Below are positions 53,211 to 63,300 of a stretch of 64,000 nt of DNA, piece after piece; positions within the stretch are counted from its first letter, which is position 1, and the number at the start of each line of letters is the position of its first letter. The DNA is from an uncultured Bacteroidales bacterium (lineage in GTDB: Bacteria; Bacteroidota; Bacteroidia; Bacteroidales; Paludibacteraceae), in contig CAMJDT010000003.1 in assembly GCA_946404495.1 (NCBI GenBank), forward strand, positions 4,630 to 68,629. Reading direction: 5' to 3'. The translations under genes and the position numbers were made by a program. The notes under the pieces are model-generated. The model was not told where the DNA came from. It saw only the letters and a program-made list of their open reading frames with translations, and searched no databases.

Positions 53211-56200
53211 TCTTCGTCTTCCTGCGGTTTGACATTCTGTCGCATCGACTCACGGATGAGTGCGCGCAGTTCGGCCGACTGCGTATCGACCTTACCGTGG
53301 AAGAGCGGTTTGAAGTCCTTGGCGTAGCGGCAGGGCGCGAGGCGGATATCCAGGTCATCGAACGTACCGCCTACGTCCACACCCAGATAGATAGGCGAGA
53401 GGACATTGACGTGGTAGTCGAAGGTCATATCCAAATTATGCCGTCCGCCGAGGGCAACCATATAATTGTCCATCGATACGCAGAAGGGGTAGATGTCGAT
53501 CTCTTTCTTATAGAGCGTGATCTCAGCCGACAGGCTATCGATTTTGTTCTCGGTCTTCTTACTAAACATCAGCAGCTTGGCGATCTGCGAGAAGGTCTCG
53601 CTATCCAGCACGACGAGGTCCTTACCGAATATGGAGCAGGCACCGCGTAGCGTGGAGGGTTTGATCGAGTAGTCCTGACGCATGTAGGTCTCGGCTGCGA
53701 GGTGGAATTCGGCCTCACCGCGGAACGACTTGAGCATCGGCAGCATCGTATCGATCTGCGGAATCATGCCGATGAGTTCCTCGATATTGACATCCAGCAT
53801 ATGGTAGTCAAATCCCACATAGAGGTGGTTCTTACGGGGCGTGCGGTACATAGCGGTGAGTTGCATCTTAGCCGCCTGGCACACAAATCCCATCTCTTCC
53901 AGCACCAGCGTGCCGTCCTTGACGTAGAGACGACCTGCGAGGTTGCGTACGCGCTGGTTGAACACATCGGCCTGATAGATCTTGGTATTGAGCGCCAGAT
54001 CAATCGAGGTCGGCACCAGGAAGGGCTCGGATTCTGTAGGTTCCGTAGTTTGCGTAGTTTCCGTAGGTTTCGTGGTTTGCGTAGTTTCCGCTGTCTCCTC
54101 GCTGCCTTCGTCGGCGGAGAAGAGGGCCATCAGTTCGTTGATGTCGGAGTACTGCGAGGTGAAGGTGAGTTCGCCTTGGAGTATGCCCTTATGCTGCATC
54201 CATTGACCCATATTGGTCACTTTGCCCACGAGCGCGAAGTCGGAGTTGCCGATATGGAACTGCGAGGTCTCGATCGTGAAGCGGCGGTTGGAGTAGTCGA
54301 AGGTGATCTGCGGGATACTGATATCGCGGTCGAACATCGAGGTACGGATCAGCGCTGTGTGCAGGTCTACACTCACCAGCGGGTTCAACTGTAGCAAGAT
54401 ATTCTGTCCCTTGGGGTTGTAGCGCGAGGCGGCTTTTACATCGATACGTCCGGTCTCGGCCTTGACCATCTCGCCGTAGTCGGCCTTGAGCACGTCGGCA
54501 CCGATGGAGGCACGGAACGAGGGCAGCGCGCCCTCCGTCTTGGTGTCGTATTCTACGTACGCACTCACCATCGGAGCTTGCATGTAGGCGTGTATCGTAT
54601 CCATCGCGGCCAGTAGTTCCTCCTTGGATTCGATATAGGCGGAAGCGTATATCTTGGGATCGGACGACAGCATATTGCCCGTCTCGATCGTCCAGTCGGC
54701 ACTGCCGATGTGCGCCTCCGTAGTGGGCAGCATGACGGCATCCGTCTTGTCCGTGTGCATCTCTGCGCGCAGCCACGTGAGCGTCTTATAGGACGGAGCG
54801 GGGTTCGGTAGGTCGAAGTGCAGACGGGTCGTACCCGGCAGCTCGGCATAGAGGCTGTCGGTGCGGTAGCTGAGTTCGCTAAGGCTGAGATCACCGCTGA
54901 TTTTTCCGCGCTCGATGTGCATATCCGTCAGGTCGCTGAGGCGAATCTGGAGCCCCACCGTACCTTTGGTGCGACCGTCCACCTTCATATCCTTGGGCAG
55001 GAAATAGGCGATGTCCTTGAGGTTGACATCGGCGTCGGCGGTGAGGTCGAGGTACATATCACCCATCAGGTGCTCTACGCGGCCTTTGGCACCCAGTTGC
55101 GTGTCGCGGGTCTTGGCGCGGAGTTCGTTCACTTGCACCGACGATGCCGTCGTGTCGTTCAGATCCAGGTGCGCTGCGATGTCGGCACGGATGTCGCGCA
55201 GTTGATACGGCAGCGGTTTGTACTGTCCCTTGCCTTCCGTCAAATAGACGCGGGCATCGATGAGCGGCAGTTCGTTCTCCCTGACATAGCCCTTGGCGTG
55301 TGCGTCCAGACGCAAGAGACCGTCTACGTTGATATCCTTGAGGCCTTCGGTAAACTGTTCGGGAACGAGTGCCAGCACGTTCTGAATGCCCCAGACGCCG
55401 GTGCGGAGGTTCATATCGACCTCAATGTCGTCTTTTATCGCTACGCGGCCGTCCAGACCGATCTCAAACTGATTGATAGCCAATGTTGCTTCCCTCAGCG
55501 TGATGGCCATCTTATCCATCTCAACGCCGGCAGGCAGGTCGGCCCTTAGCGAGAGGTGGTCGGCATAGGTGGTGCCCTGCATCATGACGCTTACATCCGG
55601 CAGCGCGAGCTTCAGGTGCATCTCGTCCCAACTGCCGATGGAGGCCTTGAGCGAGGCATCGCGCAGCGTCGCGTGGATCGTATCCTTGTCGCTGTCGAAG
55701 AATACCCGACTCAGTCCCAGGCTGAGGCTGTTGACCTCGATGGTCTCAAAGGGTAGGGAGAACGCCGTGGTGTCCTCCTCGGTAGTGTCCGGCGAAGTGA
55801 GGAAGACGGAGAAATTGTCCCGCCCCTCCGCGTTGATATAGACGCAGGCCTCTACGTCCTCCATCTTGAGTTGGCTTACGCGCAGCGCCTCGTCGTTAAG
55901 GAACGCCATCACATTGACCTTGGCTACCACCTCCGGTGCATAGAGCAGGGTATCGCTGCCGGCACCCTCCATCGGGTTAATGAGGCAGATACCGTTGGCC
56001 TTCAGGCCGAACTCCGGGAAGGTGGAGAAGAAGGTCAACTCCACCTCTCCGATCTCGTGCGGACAGAGGATATATTGGTCGGCCACGTCGCGTACGATAG
56101 GCGTCAGGCGCTTGGGCGTGAACACTACCCACACCGCGATGCAGGCGGCTATCAGCACGACGCCCACCAGGCACGCTACCGTGATTCCCAGTATCTTAAA

Positions 56201-56212
56201 GAAACGTTTCAT
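53207..56212 (-). CDS. AsmA-family outer-membrane biogenesis protein (1001 aa)
   Basis: N-terminal anchor MKRFFKILGITVACLVGVVLIAACIAVWVV followed by a long beta-rich periplasmic region. There is an internal T/E/P/Q low-complexity insert (ETAETTQTTKPTETTQTTEPTESEP). Confidence 0.7.
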   Translation of the reverse strand: MKRFFKILGITVACLVGVVLIAACIAVWVVFTPKRLTPIVRDVADQYILCPHEIGEVELTFFSTFPEFGLKANGICLINPMEGAGSDTLLYAPEVVAKVNVMAFLNDEALRVSQLKMEDVEACVYINAEGRDNFSVFLTSPDTTEEDTTAFSLPFETIEVNSLSLGLSRVFFDSDKDTIHATLRDASLKASIGSWDEMHLKLALPDVSVMMQGTTYADHLSLRADLPAGVEMDKMAITLREATLAINQFEIGLDGRVAIKDDIEVDMNLRTGVWGIQNVLALVPEQFTEGLKDINVDGLLRLDAHAKGYVRENELPLIDARVYLTEGKGQYKPLPYQLRDIRADIAAHLDLNDTTASSVQVNELRAKTRDTQLGAKGRVEHLMGDMYLDLTADADVNLKDIAYFLPKDMKVDGRTKGTVGLQIRLSDLTDMHIERGKISGDLSLSELSYRTDSLYAELPGTTRLHFDLPNPAPSYKTLTWLRAEMHTDKTDAVMLPTTEAHIGSADWTIETGNMLSSDPKIYASAYIESKEELLAAMDTIHAYMQAPMVSAYVEYDTKTEGALPSFRASIGADVLKADYGEMVKAETGRIDVKAASRYNPKGQNILLQLNPLVSVDLHTALIRTSMFDRDISIPQITFDYSNRRFTIETSQFHIGNSDFALVGKVTNMGQWMQHKGILQGELTFTSQYSDINELMALFSADEGSEETAETTQTTKPTETTQTTEPTESEPFLVPTSIDLALNTKIYQADVFNQRVRNLAGRLYVKDGTLVLEEMGFVCQAAKMQLTAMYRTPRKNHLYVGFDYHMLDVNIEELIGMIPQIDTMLPMLKSFRGEAEFHLAAETYMRQDYSIKPSTLRGACSIFGKDLVVLDSETFSQIAKLLMFSKKTENKIDSLSAEITLYKKEIDIYPFCVSMDNYMVALGGRHNLDMTFDYHVNVLSPIYLGVDVGGTFDDLDIRLAPCRYAKDFKPLFHGKVDTQSAELRALIRESMRQNVKPQEDEE

Positions 56213-56625
56213 TTCAAGACTACTTTGTTAAACGAATGTTCGCGTTTGTAACTGTCCTTGAGCAACATCTCGGTACTCGTCAGTTTCGATACCGTGTAGA
56301 TCTTCGGAATAGGTGCACCCTGGTTATCCATCAGGTGCAGCTCCGTCAGCTCGGCTTCCACCAGTTTCCACTTAAACCAACCGTTGCCGTGGTACACCAG
56401 ATCCTCAGGCTTGACGTCCTCCTTGAGGTCCCACTCGTAGCCGAACTTATACTCACCGTCGATGGTGTCCTCGGCTGCTGTCAGAAAACGCACATACGCC
56501 TCCGTGCCGTCTTCCTGCCACGTGCCGTACAGGTCACTCTCCGAGAAATTTACCGACTGCTGTTGGCACGAAGCCAAAGCGATAATCACACCCAATAAGA
56601 GGGTCCATTTCAAAGACTTTTTCAT
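56209..56625 (-). CDS. Small lipoprotein, lipocalin-like (138 aa)
   Basis: Lipobox LLGVIIALASC. ...LYGTWQE... is typical for lipocalin-like domains. There is a 4-nt overlap with the AsmA gene. Confidence 0.6.
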   Translation of the reverse strand: MKKSLKWTLLLGVIIALASCQQQSVNFSESDLYGTWQEDGTEAYVRFLTAAEDTIDGEYKFGYEWDLKEDVKPEDLVYHGNGWFKWKLVEAELTELHLMDNQGAPIPKIYTVSKLTSTEMLLKDSYKREHSFNKVVLK

Positions 56626-56630
56626 CGTCT

Positions 56631-56668
56631 ATAATTTTAAATTTGAAATCTTAAATCTTAAATCTTCA
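56631..56668. repeat. Tandem heptamer array (TAAATCT-like) at the ileS-lipoprotein junction
   Basis: ATAATTTTAAATTTGAAATCTTAAATCTTAAATCTTCA. It is the same family as 21102-21144 and reaches the ileS stop (56666-68). Confidence 0.85.
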
Positions 56669-59600
56669 ATTTTTGATGCTAATCAAAATTGTGTATCCTT
56701 CCATCTCCACCTCTTCGGCTCCGCTGAGCGTCTCCTTGGGAGCGGTCGTCAGGCTCGTTGCCAGCACCTGTTGGGCGATATACTGTCCGCAGTGAGCTAC
56801 GGCATCGCGTACCTCGTCCCGATTCTCGATGCGCACTTCGATACGGTCGGTGATCTCCAGGCCGGAGGACTTTCTTAGGTTCTGGATACGGTTCACCAGT
56901 TCGCGGGCCACACCTTCCTCGATCAGTTCGGGCGTCAGCTCGATATCCAGCGCGATCGTCAGCTGTCCCTCGTTCATCACGAGCCAACCCGGCATATCCT
57001 CGGTCGCGATCTCCACGTCTTCGGCGGTCAGTTGATAGTTGACAGTTGATAATTGATATTGGCCGGTGGACTCCATCGTGGCGATCTGGTCCTGACTCAT
57101 GGCAGTGATCTCGGCCGCTGCGGCTTTCATCTGGCCTCCGAGTTTCTTACCCAATACCTTGAAGTTGGGTTTGATCTTCTTCACCAACTTCACCTCACTC
57201 TCTTCGGCGAGCACGATATCCAGTTCCTTGACGTTCACCTCGCTGCGGATGAGGTCGGCCACGTGCATCAGGGCCTGTTTGGTCTCACCGTCCTGTACGG
57301 GGATGACGGCTTTCTGCAGGGGTTGGCGCACGTTCTTCTCGGCGCGCTTGCGCAAGCTCAGTATCATCGACGTAGCCTGTTGTGCCAGGTACATCTGCCT
57401 CTCCAGCGTCTTGTCGATGGCATTGGCATTGGCCGTTGGCCATTGGCTCAAGTGAACCGTTTCGCCTACGAGGTCGCGGTATAAACGATCAGCATAGAAA
57501 GGCGCATTGGGTGCCATGAGTTGGGCCACGGTCTTGAGGCAGGTATAGAGCGTCGTGTAGGCTGCCTCTTTGTCGGCATTCATCTCGCCGCCCCAGAAAC
57601 GTTTGCGGTTGAGTCGCACGTACCAGTTGCTCAGATCGTCCTGCACGAAGTCGCTGATGAGTCGTCCGGCTTTCGTCGGCTCGTAGGCCTCATAGTTGGC
57701 CGTCACGTCCTTCACAAGCGAGTTCAGCTTCGAGAGTATCCACTTATCGATCTCACTAGGCTGACTAAGCGTCCTTGGATTCCTATGAACACTAGTCCAG
57801 TTATCAACATTCGCGTACAAAGCAAAGAACCCGTACGTATTATACAGCGTGCCGAAGAACTTACGCCGGATCTCGTCCACGCCTTCGGGGTCGAACTTGA
57901 GGTTCTCCCACGGGCTCGAGTTGGTCAGCATATACCACCTTACGGCATCCGCGCCGTACGCGGCCAACGCACCGAACGGATCTACGGCATTGCCCAGACG
58001 CTTCGACATCTTGGCGCCTTTCTTATCCAGTACGAGGCCGTTGGAGATGACGTTACGGTAGGCCACGGTGCCCTCGATCATCGTGTGGATCGCGTGCAGG
58101 GTGAAGAACCAACCGCGGGTCTGATCCACGCCCTCCGAGATGAAGTCGGCCGTGCGCGGTGCATTGGCGTTCTCGAAGGGGTAGTGGTTCTGGGCGTAGG
58201 GCATCGCGCCTGAGTCGAACCACACATCGATGAGGTCCAACTCGCGCTTCATCGGTTTGCCGCTCGGCGATACGAGGATGATCTGGTCCACGTACGGACG
58301 ATGCAGGTCGATGACCTCCGGCGCGTAGTTCGCTTTCGAGTAGTCGCCCACCTTGTGCTTGGGCCACGGATTGGCCTTCATCAGTCCGGCAGCGATGGAT
58401 TTGTCGATCTCCTCAAACAGCTCCTTGATGCTGCCGATGCATTTTTCCTCCTGACCGTCCTCGGTGCGCCAGATCGGCAGCGGGGTACCCCAGTAACGCG
58501 AGCGGGAGAGGTTCCAGTCGTTGAGGTTCTCCAACCATTTGCCGAAGCGTCCCGTACCCGTCGATTCGGGTTGCCAGTTGATGGTATTATTGAGCGCGAT
58601 CATCTCGTCGCGGGCTTGCGTGGAGCGGATGAACCACGAGTCGAGCGGGTAGTACAGCACCGGCTTGTCGGTGCGCCAGCAGTGGGGGTAGGTGTGCACA
58701 TGCTTCTCGGTCTTGAACATGCGTCCGTCGCCCTTCATCTCCAGGCACAGGTGCAGATCCAGCGTCTCGGCCTTGGCGGCAGCGTCTTCGTCGTACTTGC
58801 CGTCAACGGTGAACTGCGGGTCATAGGCGTTCTTGACCCACCTGCCGGCATACTTGCCGTAGAGCTCTGTGTTGACGTTCTGCTTTACCCACTCCTCGTC
58901 CAGGTCCTCGATCTTCCAATACTTACCCGTGAAATCCACCATAGGTCTCGGACCGTAGTTTTTGGTCTGCATATAGAGTCCGGGTACGCCCGCAGCGTCG
59001 GCTACGCGTTTGTCGTCCGCACCGAAGGTGGGCGCGATATGTACGATACCCGTTCCGTCGTCGGTCGTCACGTAGTCGCCGGCGATCACCTTGTAGGCGC
59101 CCTCGCCCGGGTTCACCCAGGGGAAGAGGGGTTCGTATTCTAATCCTACGAGGTCGGCTCCCTTGTAGCGTGCCACGATCTCCGGCTCCATCAGCTTGCC
59201 GTCGGCATCTACGCCGCACAACTCTTTCTTATACGCCTCCAGCCGTGCCTCCGCCAGAATGATAGTCTGTACTCTGTCAGCGGAGCGGTCTGTATTCTGT
59301 ACTCTAACTTCGACATAGTCAATCTTCGGCCCTACGCACAGCGCCGTATTGCTCGGCAGCGTCCACGGCGTCGTCGTCCACGCGATGATGTATCTGTCTG
59401 TATTCTGTACTCTGTCAGCGAAGCGGTCTGTATTCTTTAAATGGAATTTCGCCGTGCAGGTGAGGTCCTTCACATCTCTATAGCACCCGGGTTGGTTCAA
59501 CTCGTGGCTGCTCAGTCCCGTACCCGCTGCCGGCGAATAGGGTTGGATCGTGTAACCCTTGTAGAGGTAGCCCTTCTTGTAGAGCTCCTTCAGCAGGTAC

Positions 59601-60082
59601 CACAAGGTCTCAATATATTTGTTATCGTAGGTGATATACGGTTCTTTCATATCCACCCAATATCCCATCTTGCGGGTCAGATCCTCCCACTCAGCCGTAT
59701 ATTTCATCACCTCGCGACGGCAGGCAGCGTTGTATTCGTCCACCGAGATCTTCTTTCCGATATCCTCCTTGGTGATGCCTAACATCTTCTCTACGCCCAA
59801 TTCCACGGGCAAACCGTGGGTATCCCAACCGGCCTTTCGGCGCACCTGATAGCCCTGCATCGTCTTATACCGGCAGAAGGTGTCCTTGATGGTACGTGCC
59901 AGCACGTGGTGAATGCCGGGCTTGCCGTTCGCCGAGGGAGGTCCCTCAAAAAACAGGAACGGACGATGACCCTCGCGGGTCGTTACACTCTTCTCAAACA
60001 GCTTCTCTTCCTCCCACAGGCGCAGCACTTCCTCGCTCACCGCCGAGAGATTCAATTGCTTGTACTCGTTAAATCTTTTCAT
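56666..60082 (-). CDS. ileS: Isoleucine--tRNA ligase
   Basis: MKRFNEYKQLNLSAVSEEVLRLWEEEKLFEKS...FFEGPPSANGKPGIHHVLAR (HIGH) ...AWTTTPWTLPSNTAL...KMSKRLGN (KMSKS). The start is set at the second ATG (60082), 35 nt from the predicted TSS. Confidence 0.93.
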   Translation of the reverse strand: MKRFNEYKQLNLSAVSEEVLRLWEEEKLFEKSVTTREGHRPFLFFEGPPSANGKPGIHHVLARTIKDTFCRYKTMQGYQVRRKAGWDTHGLPVELGVEKMLGITKEDIGKKISVDEYNAACRREVMKYTAEWEDLTRKMGYWVDMKEPYITYDNKYIETLWYLLKELYKKGYLYKGYTIQPYSPAAGTGLSSHELNQPGCYRDVKDLTCTAKFHLKNTDRFADRVQNTDRYIIAWTTTPWTLPSNTALCVGPKIDYVEVRVQNTDRSADRVQTIILAEARLEAYKKELCGVDADGKLMEPEIVARYKGADLVGLEYEPLFPWVNPGEGAYKVIAGDYVTTDDGTGIVHIAPTFGADDKRVADAAGVPGLYMQTKNYGPRPMVDFTGKYWKIEDLDEEWVKQNVNTELYGKYAGRWVKNAYDPQFTVDGKYDEDAAAKAETLDLHLCLEMKGDGRMFKTEKHVHTYPHCWRTDKPVLYYPLDSWFIRSTQARDEMIALNNTINWQPESTGTGRFGKWLENLNDWNLSRSRYWGTPLPIWRTEDGQEEKCIGSIKELFEEIDKSIAAGLMKANPWPKHKVGDYSKANYAPEVIDLHRPYVDQIILVSPSGKPMKRELDLIDVWFDSGAMPYAQNHYPFENANAPRTADFISEGVDQTRGWFFTLHAIHTMIEGTVAYRNVISNGLVLDKKGAKMSKRLGNAVDPFGALAAYGADAVRWYMLTNSSPWENLKFDPEGVDEIRRKFFGTLYNTYGFFALYANVDNWTSVHRNPRTLSQPSEIDKWILSKLNSLVKDVTANYEAYEPTKAGRLISDFVQDDLSNWYVRLNRKRFWGGEMNADKEAAYTTLYTCLKTVAQLMAPNAPFYADRLYRDLVGETVHLSQWPTANANAIDKTLERQMYLAQQATSMILSLRKRAEKNVRQPLQKAVIPVQDGETKQALMHVADLIRSEVNVKELDIVLAEESEVKLVKKIKPNFKVLGKKLGGQMKAAAAEITAMSQDQIATMESTGQYQLSTVNYQLTAEDVEIATEDMPGWLVMNEGQLTIALDIELTPELIEEGVARELVNRIQNLRKSSGLEITDRIEVRIENRDEVRDAVAHCGQYIAQQVLATSLTTAPKETLSGAEEVEMEGYTILISIKN
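57029..57060 (+). repeat. AATTGAY-family heptamer array embedded in-frame inside ileS (antisense, stop-free orientation)
   Basis: The plus strand reads AGTTGATAGTTGACAGTTGATAATTGATATT. On the ileS strand it encodes ...QYQLSTVNYQLT.... Confidence 0.8.
59265..59436 (-). repeat. Two direct ~41-nt repeats inside ileS (in-frame, flanking the AWTTTPWTLPSN segment)
   Basis: 59265-59305 and 59396-59436 share TCTGTACTCTGTCAGCG(G/A)AGCGGTCTGTATTCT. They encode RVQNTDR(S/F)ADRVQ(NTDR) twice. Confidence 0.85.
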
Positions 60083-60122
60083 TATATTGCGTGTATATTG
60101 TTGCACATTTTATTCCAGCCTG

Positions 60123-60154
60123 CAAAATTACTACAAATTTTCGAAATATGCAAG
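60123..60154 (-). promoter_or_regulatory. Promoter of ileS
   Basis: The minus strand reads CTTGCATATTTCGAAAATTTGTAGTAATTTTGCAGGC. Confidence 0.55.
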
Positions 60155-60171
60155 ATTTTGACGAAAAAAAA

Positions 60172-60271
60172 ATAATCGTGCCCTCTTTTTTAAGAGGGCT
60201 AAGGTATAATCGTGCCCTCTTTCAAGAGGGCTAAGAAATAAAATCGCAGATTTTTGTTCAAAACCTGCGAT
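60172..60271 (-). terminator. Three consecutive hairpins downstream of the NRPS gene (two form a ~34-nt tandem duplication)
   Basis: Hairpin 3 is ATCGCAG-N15-CTGCGAT (60243-60271). Hairpin 2 is GCCCTC-TTTCAA-GAGGGC (60214-60231). Hairpin 1 is GCCCTC-TTTTTTAA-GAGGGC (60180-60199). In the minus orientation hairpin 1 is followed by ACGATTATTTTTTTT. Confidence 0.55.
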
Positions 60272-60281
60272 TTTACCATTA

Positions 60282-60314
60282 ACCGAGTACCGAGTACCCG
60301 GAACCGAGAACCGG
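60282..60314. repeat. Tandem heptamer array (ACCGAGW)n next to the NRPS stop codon
   Basis: ACCGAGT-ACCGAGT-ACCCGGA-ACCGAGA-ACCGG, 7 nt from the stop at 60321-23. Confidence 0.75.
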
Positions 60315-60320
60315 TCTATA

Positions 60321-63300
60321 TCACACATCAAAGAATCCTAATTGGCTAATGGCGGTTAGCATACGATTGACATACGCGCTATCCGGTGCAGACCAATGGA
60401 ATCCCAAACGGAGCAGGACTGCGGAGGTATAGCGGTTATCACGCTCGATCGTAACCGCCTTCTGTCCATGCGTCATGTCTTGGTATGCCAAGAGAGCGGA
60501 CATGAGGCTGGCTTTCTTCGGGTCTTTGCTCGCCTCGAGAATCGCTTGCTGGAACTCGTCTTCCTCCACGTAACGGATGGACTTGCCTATCTTCTCAAAG
60601 CCCGCGAGGATATCGCCCAAGAGGTCGGTATGGTTATTGAAGGGTTGGAAGACGTTACACTCCTTCGGCGTAGAGGCAAGCAGTACGACTGCCTTTGCGG
60701 TCTCGTTCACCGGTGAGAACTCTGCCGGCGAGTCGTATTCGTCGATCGGACAGCAGCCGAGCGTGGAGAACACTTTGAGTCGACCCATGTAACTGTTCGT
60801 CTGGAAGTTCGCCTGGAACTCACCGTCATAGCTACGCGCCGCGAGGTTACCCACACGCATGATCTTAGCGTTCAGTCCATGACGAGCTACCGCTTCGAGA
60901 ATGACACGTTCGGCAAGGAACTTCGACCGCATATAGCGGTTATCGAGGAACTGGCCGAAATAGAGGAGACGCTCCGAGAGTTCGGGCACCGCTTTTCCAT
61001 CGCCACGATCGACCCAAATCTCTCCGACCGAAGTGGTGGATATATGTACGAGTCGTGTACCGGTCTTGAGACAGAACTCCACGCATCGCTCCGCGCCGCC
61101 GATATTCACCTGTTCGATGTCGTCGGTCTTGGAGAAGTGCTTGACGTTCGCGGCGCAGTTAAAGACTGTCTGAATACTAATATCGGATAACTGATTACTG
61201 AAATCGTTTGTCACATCGCCGTTAACGACGAAGAGGCGGGAACCGAAGAGTTCATCAAAACGTCGGTCGAAATAGTAGAAGAGCAAGTTACGCAGACGAC
61301 GCTCGGCATCGTGCTGGTCTTTTCCGCGAACAAGACAAGTGATGGTCTTGGCGTCCGAATCAATCAGTTCGCGCAGGACGTGAATGCCGAGATAGCCGGT
61401 AGCACCGGTGAGCAGTACATTGCCTAACTCCTGACGCTCGCCGCGCAGGAACGTATTGAGGTTATTGCGCTGCAGAATCGCATCAATGCCCGTATAATTG
61501 AAGGATGCTTCTTCTTGGTCATTGGCCGTTTGTTCATCCTTGTCACCGGACAGGAACTGCGCCAAGAGACGAGGCGTCGGATGGGTGAAGATATCACCGT
61601 AAGCGACATGCTTTCCGGCTTTGTCCGCTTCGATGATAACACGCGTGACCATGAGCGACGTGCCGCCGAGTTCAAAGAAGTTATCCGTAGCACCTATCTT
61701 ATCCTGATTGAGGATCGATGCAAAGATGTCGCAGAAGAGTTTCTCGTTGTCATTTGCCGGCGCCACGTAGTCGCGGTCGGTGTCCGTCAACTGCGGAACA
61801 GGCAGCGCACGTTTGTTCACTTTCTGGTTCTGGTTCAGCGGAATGACGTTGATCTGCATGGTCGAAGCCGGAACCATGTACGGCGGCTTGCGATCGCGGA
61901 TGAAGGCATTGAGTGCGGCGACGTCGATTTTCTGATCGCTCACGATATACGCGGCAATGAACTTACCTCCGTTGGGGTAATCAAAGGCCTGTACGGTAGC
62001 ATCGTTGATGCCCGGGAACTCACGGATGACCGCCTCAACCTCTTTGAGTTCGATACGGAAACCGCGGATCTTTACCTGACCATCCTGCCGTCCGACAAAC
62101 TGAATATTGCTGTCTGCGAGATAGCGAACGACGTCACCGGTGCGGTAACAGCGAAGACCATTCCAGTCGATATAGGTCTCGGCGGTCTTGTCGGGACGGT
62201 TGAGGTAACCTCGGCTGACTTGTGGACCGGAGACGAGCAGCTCGCCTGTAGCACCTACAGGCACACGGTGCAGGTCCTTATCAACGATGAAGAGCCGGAA
62301 GTTATCCAGCGGTTTGCCGATAGGGATATTCTTCTCCTGCTCGTGTATCGGATAGGTCGTCGTGAAGATCGTACACTCGGTCGGACCGTACGCGTTATGA
62401 AGCAGGTAGTTAGCCGGCGGCGCGATAGTCGCGAGTTTTTCTCCTCCCACAGACAAGTGCTTGAGGGAATGATTGTCGCAGTTCTGGGCAAACTGATAGC
62501 CGACCTGGGTCGTCATGAACGAATGGGTGATACCTTCGGCTTCGAAATAATGATTGAGATCCGGCAAGTTGAGTCGGATATCCTCGCCGATGATATAGAC
62601 TGCTGCACCGCAAGTGAGCGCCGGGTACATATCCATCATGTTCGCATCGAAACCGTAGGAAGCGTACGCCGCCACTTTGTCTCCGGCATGGAGGTCATAA
62701 TAGCGATGGTACCAATGACAGAACGCCACAAGGTTGCGGTGCTCGAGTTGGCAGCCTTTGGGTACGCCGGTGGAGCCGGAGGTATAAAGGAGGATGAATA
62801 AATCCTGTGGATTTATAAGACCGCTATCGCTCAAAGTAGAAAGACCGCTATCGCTCAAAGTAGAAAGATCTTTTGTCAGGAGGACGGGGCCGGAGTATTC
62901 ATTGACGATGGGACGGAGGTCGGTATCGGCGATGAGAAGGGACGCGTTGGCATCCTTCATCATGAAGTTCAGACGCTCTGCCGGATAAGACGGATCGAGC
63001 GGCTGGTACGCACAACCGGCTTTGAGGGCAGCCAACGAAGCGACTACCATCCATTCGGAACGGTTGATGAGGATAGAAACAACTTTCTCTTTCGTATCGT
63101 TGCCAATGACCTCTATGATCCGTGCAGCGATAGCGTCCGTGCGTTCATCCACCTCTTTGTACGTGAGGCGGACGTCGTGATAAACGACCGCGAGGTTATC
63201 GGGCGTCTCTGCCGCTTGCTTACGGAAGAGCGAGACGATGGTCCGGGTGTCATCATAAGGCACCTCAGTCTGATTGAACGAGTCGAGCACCGCTGTCTGC

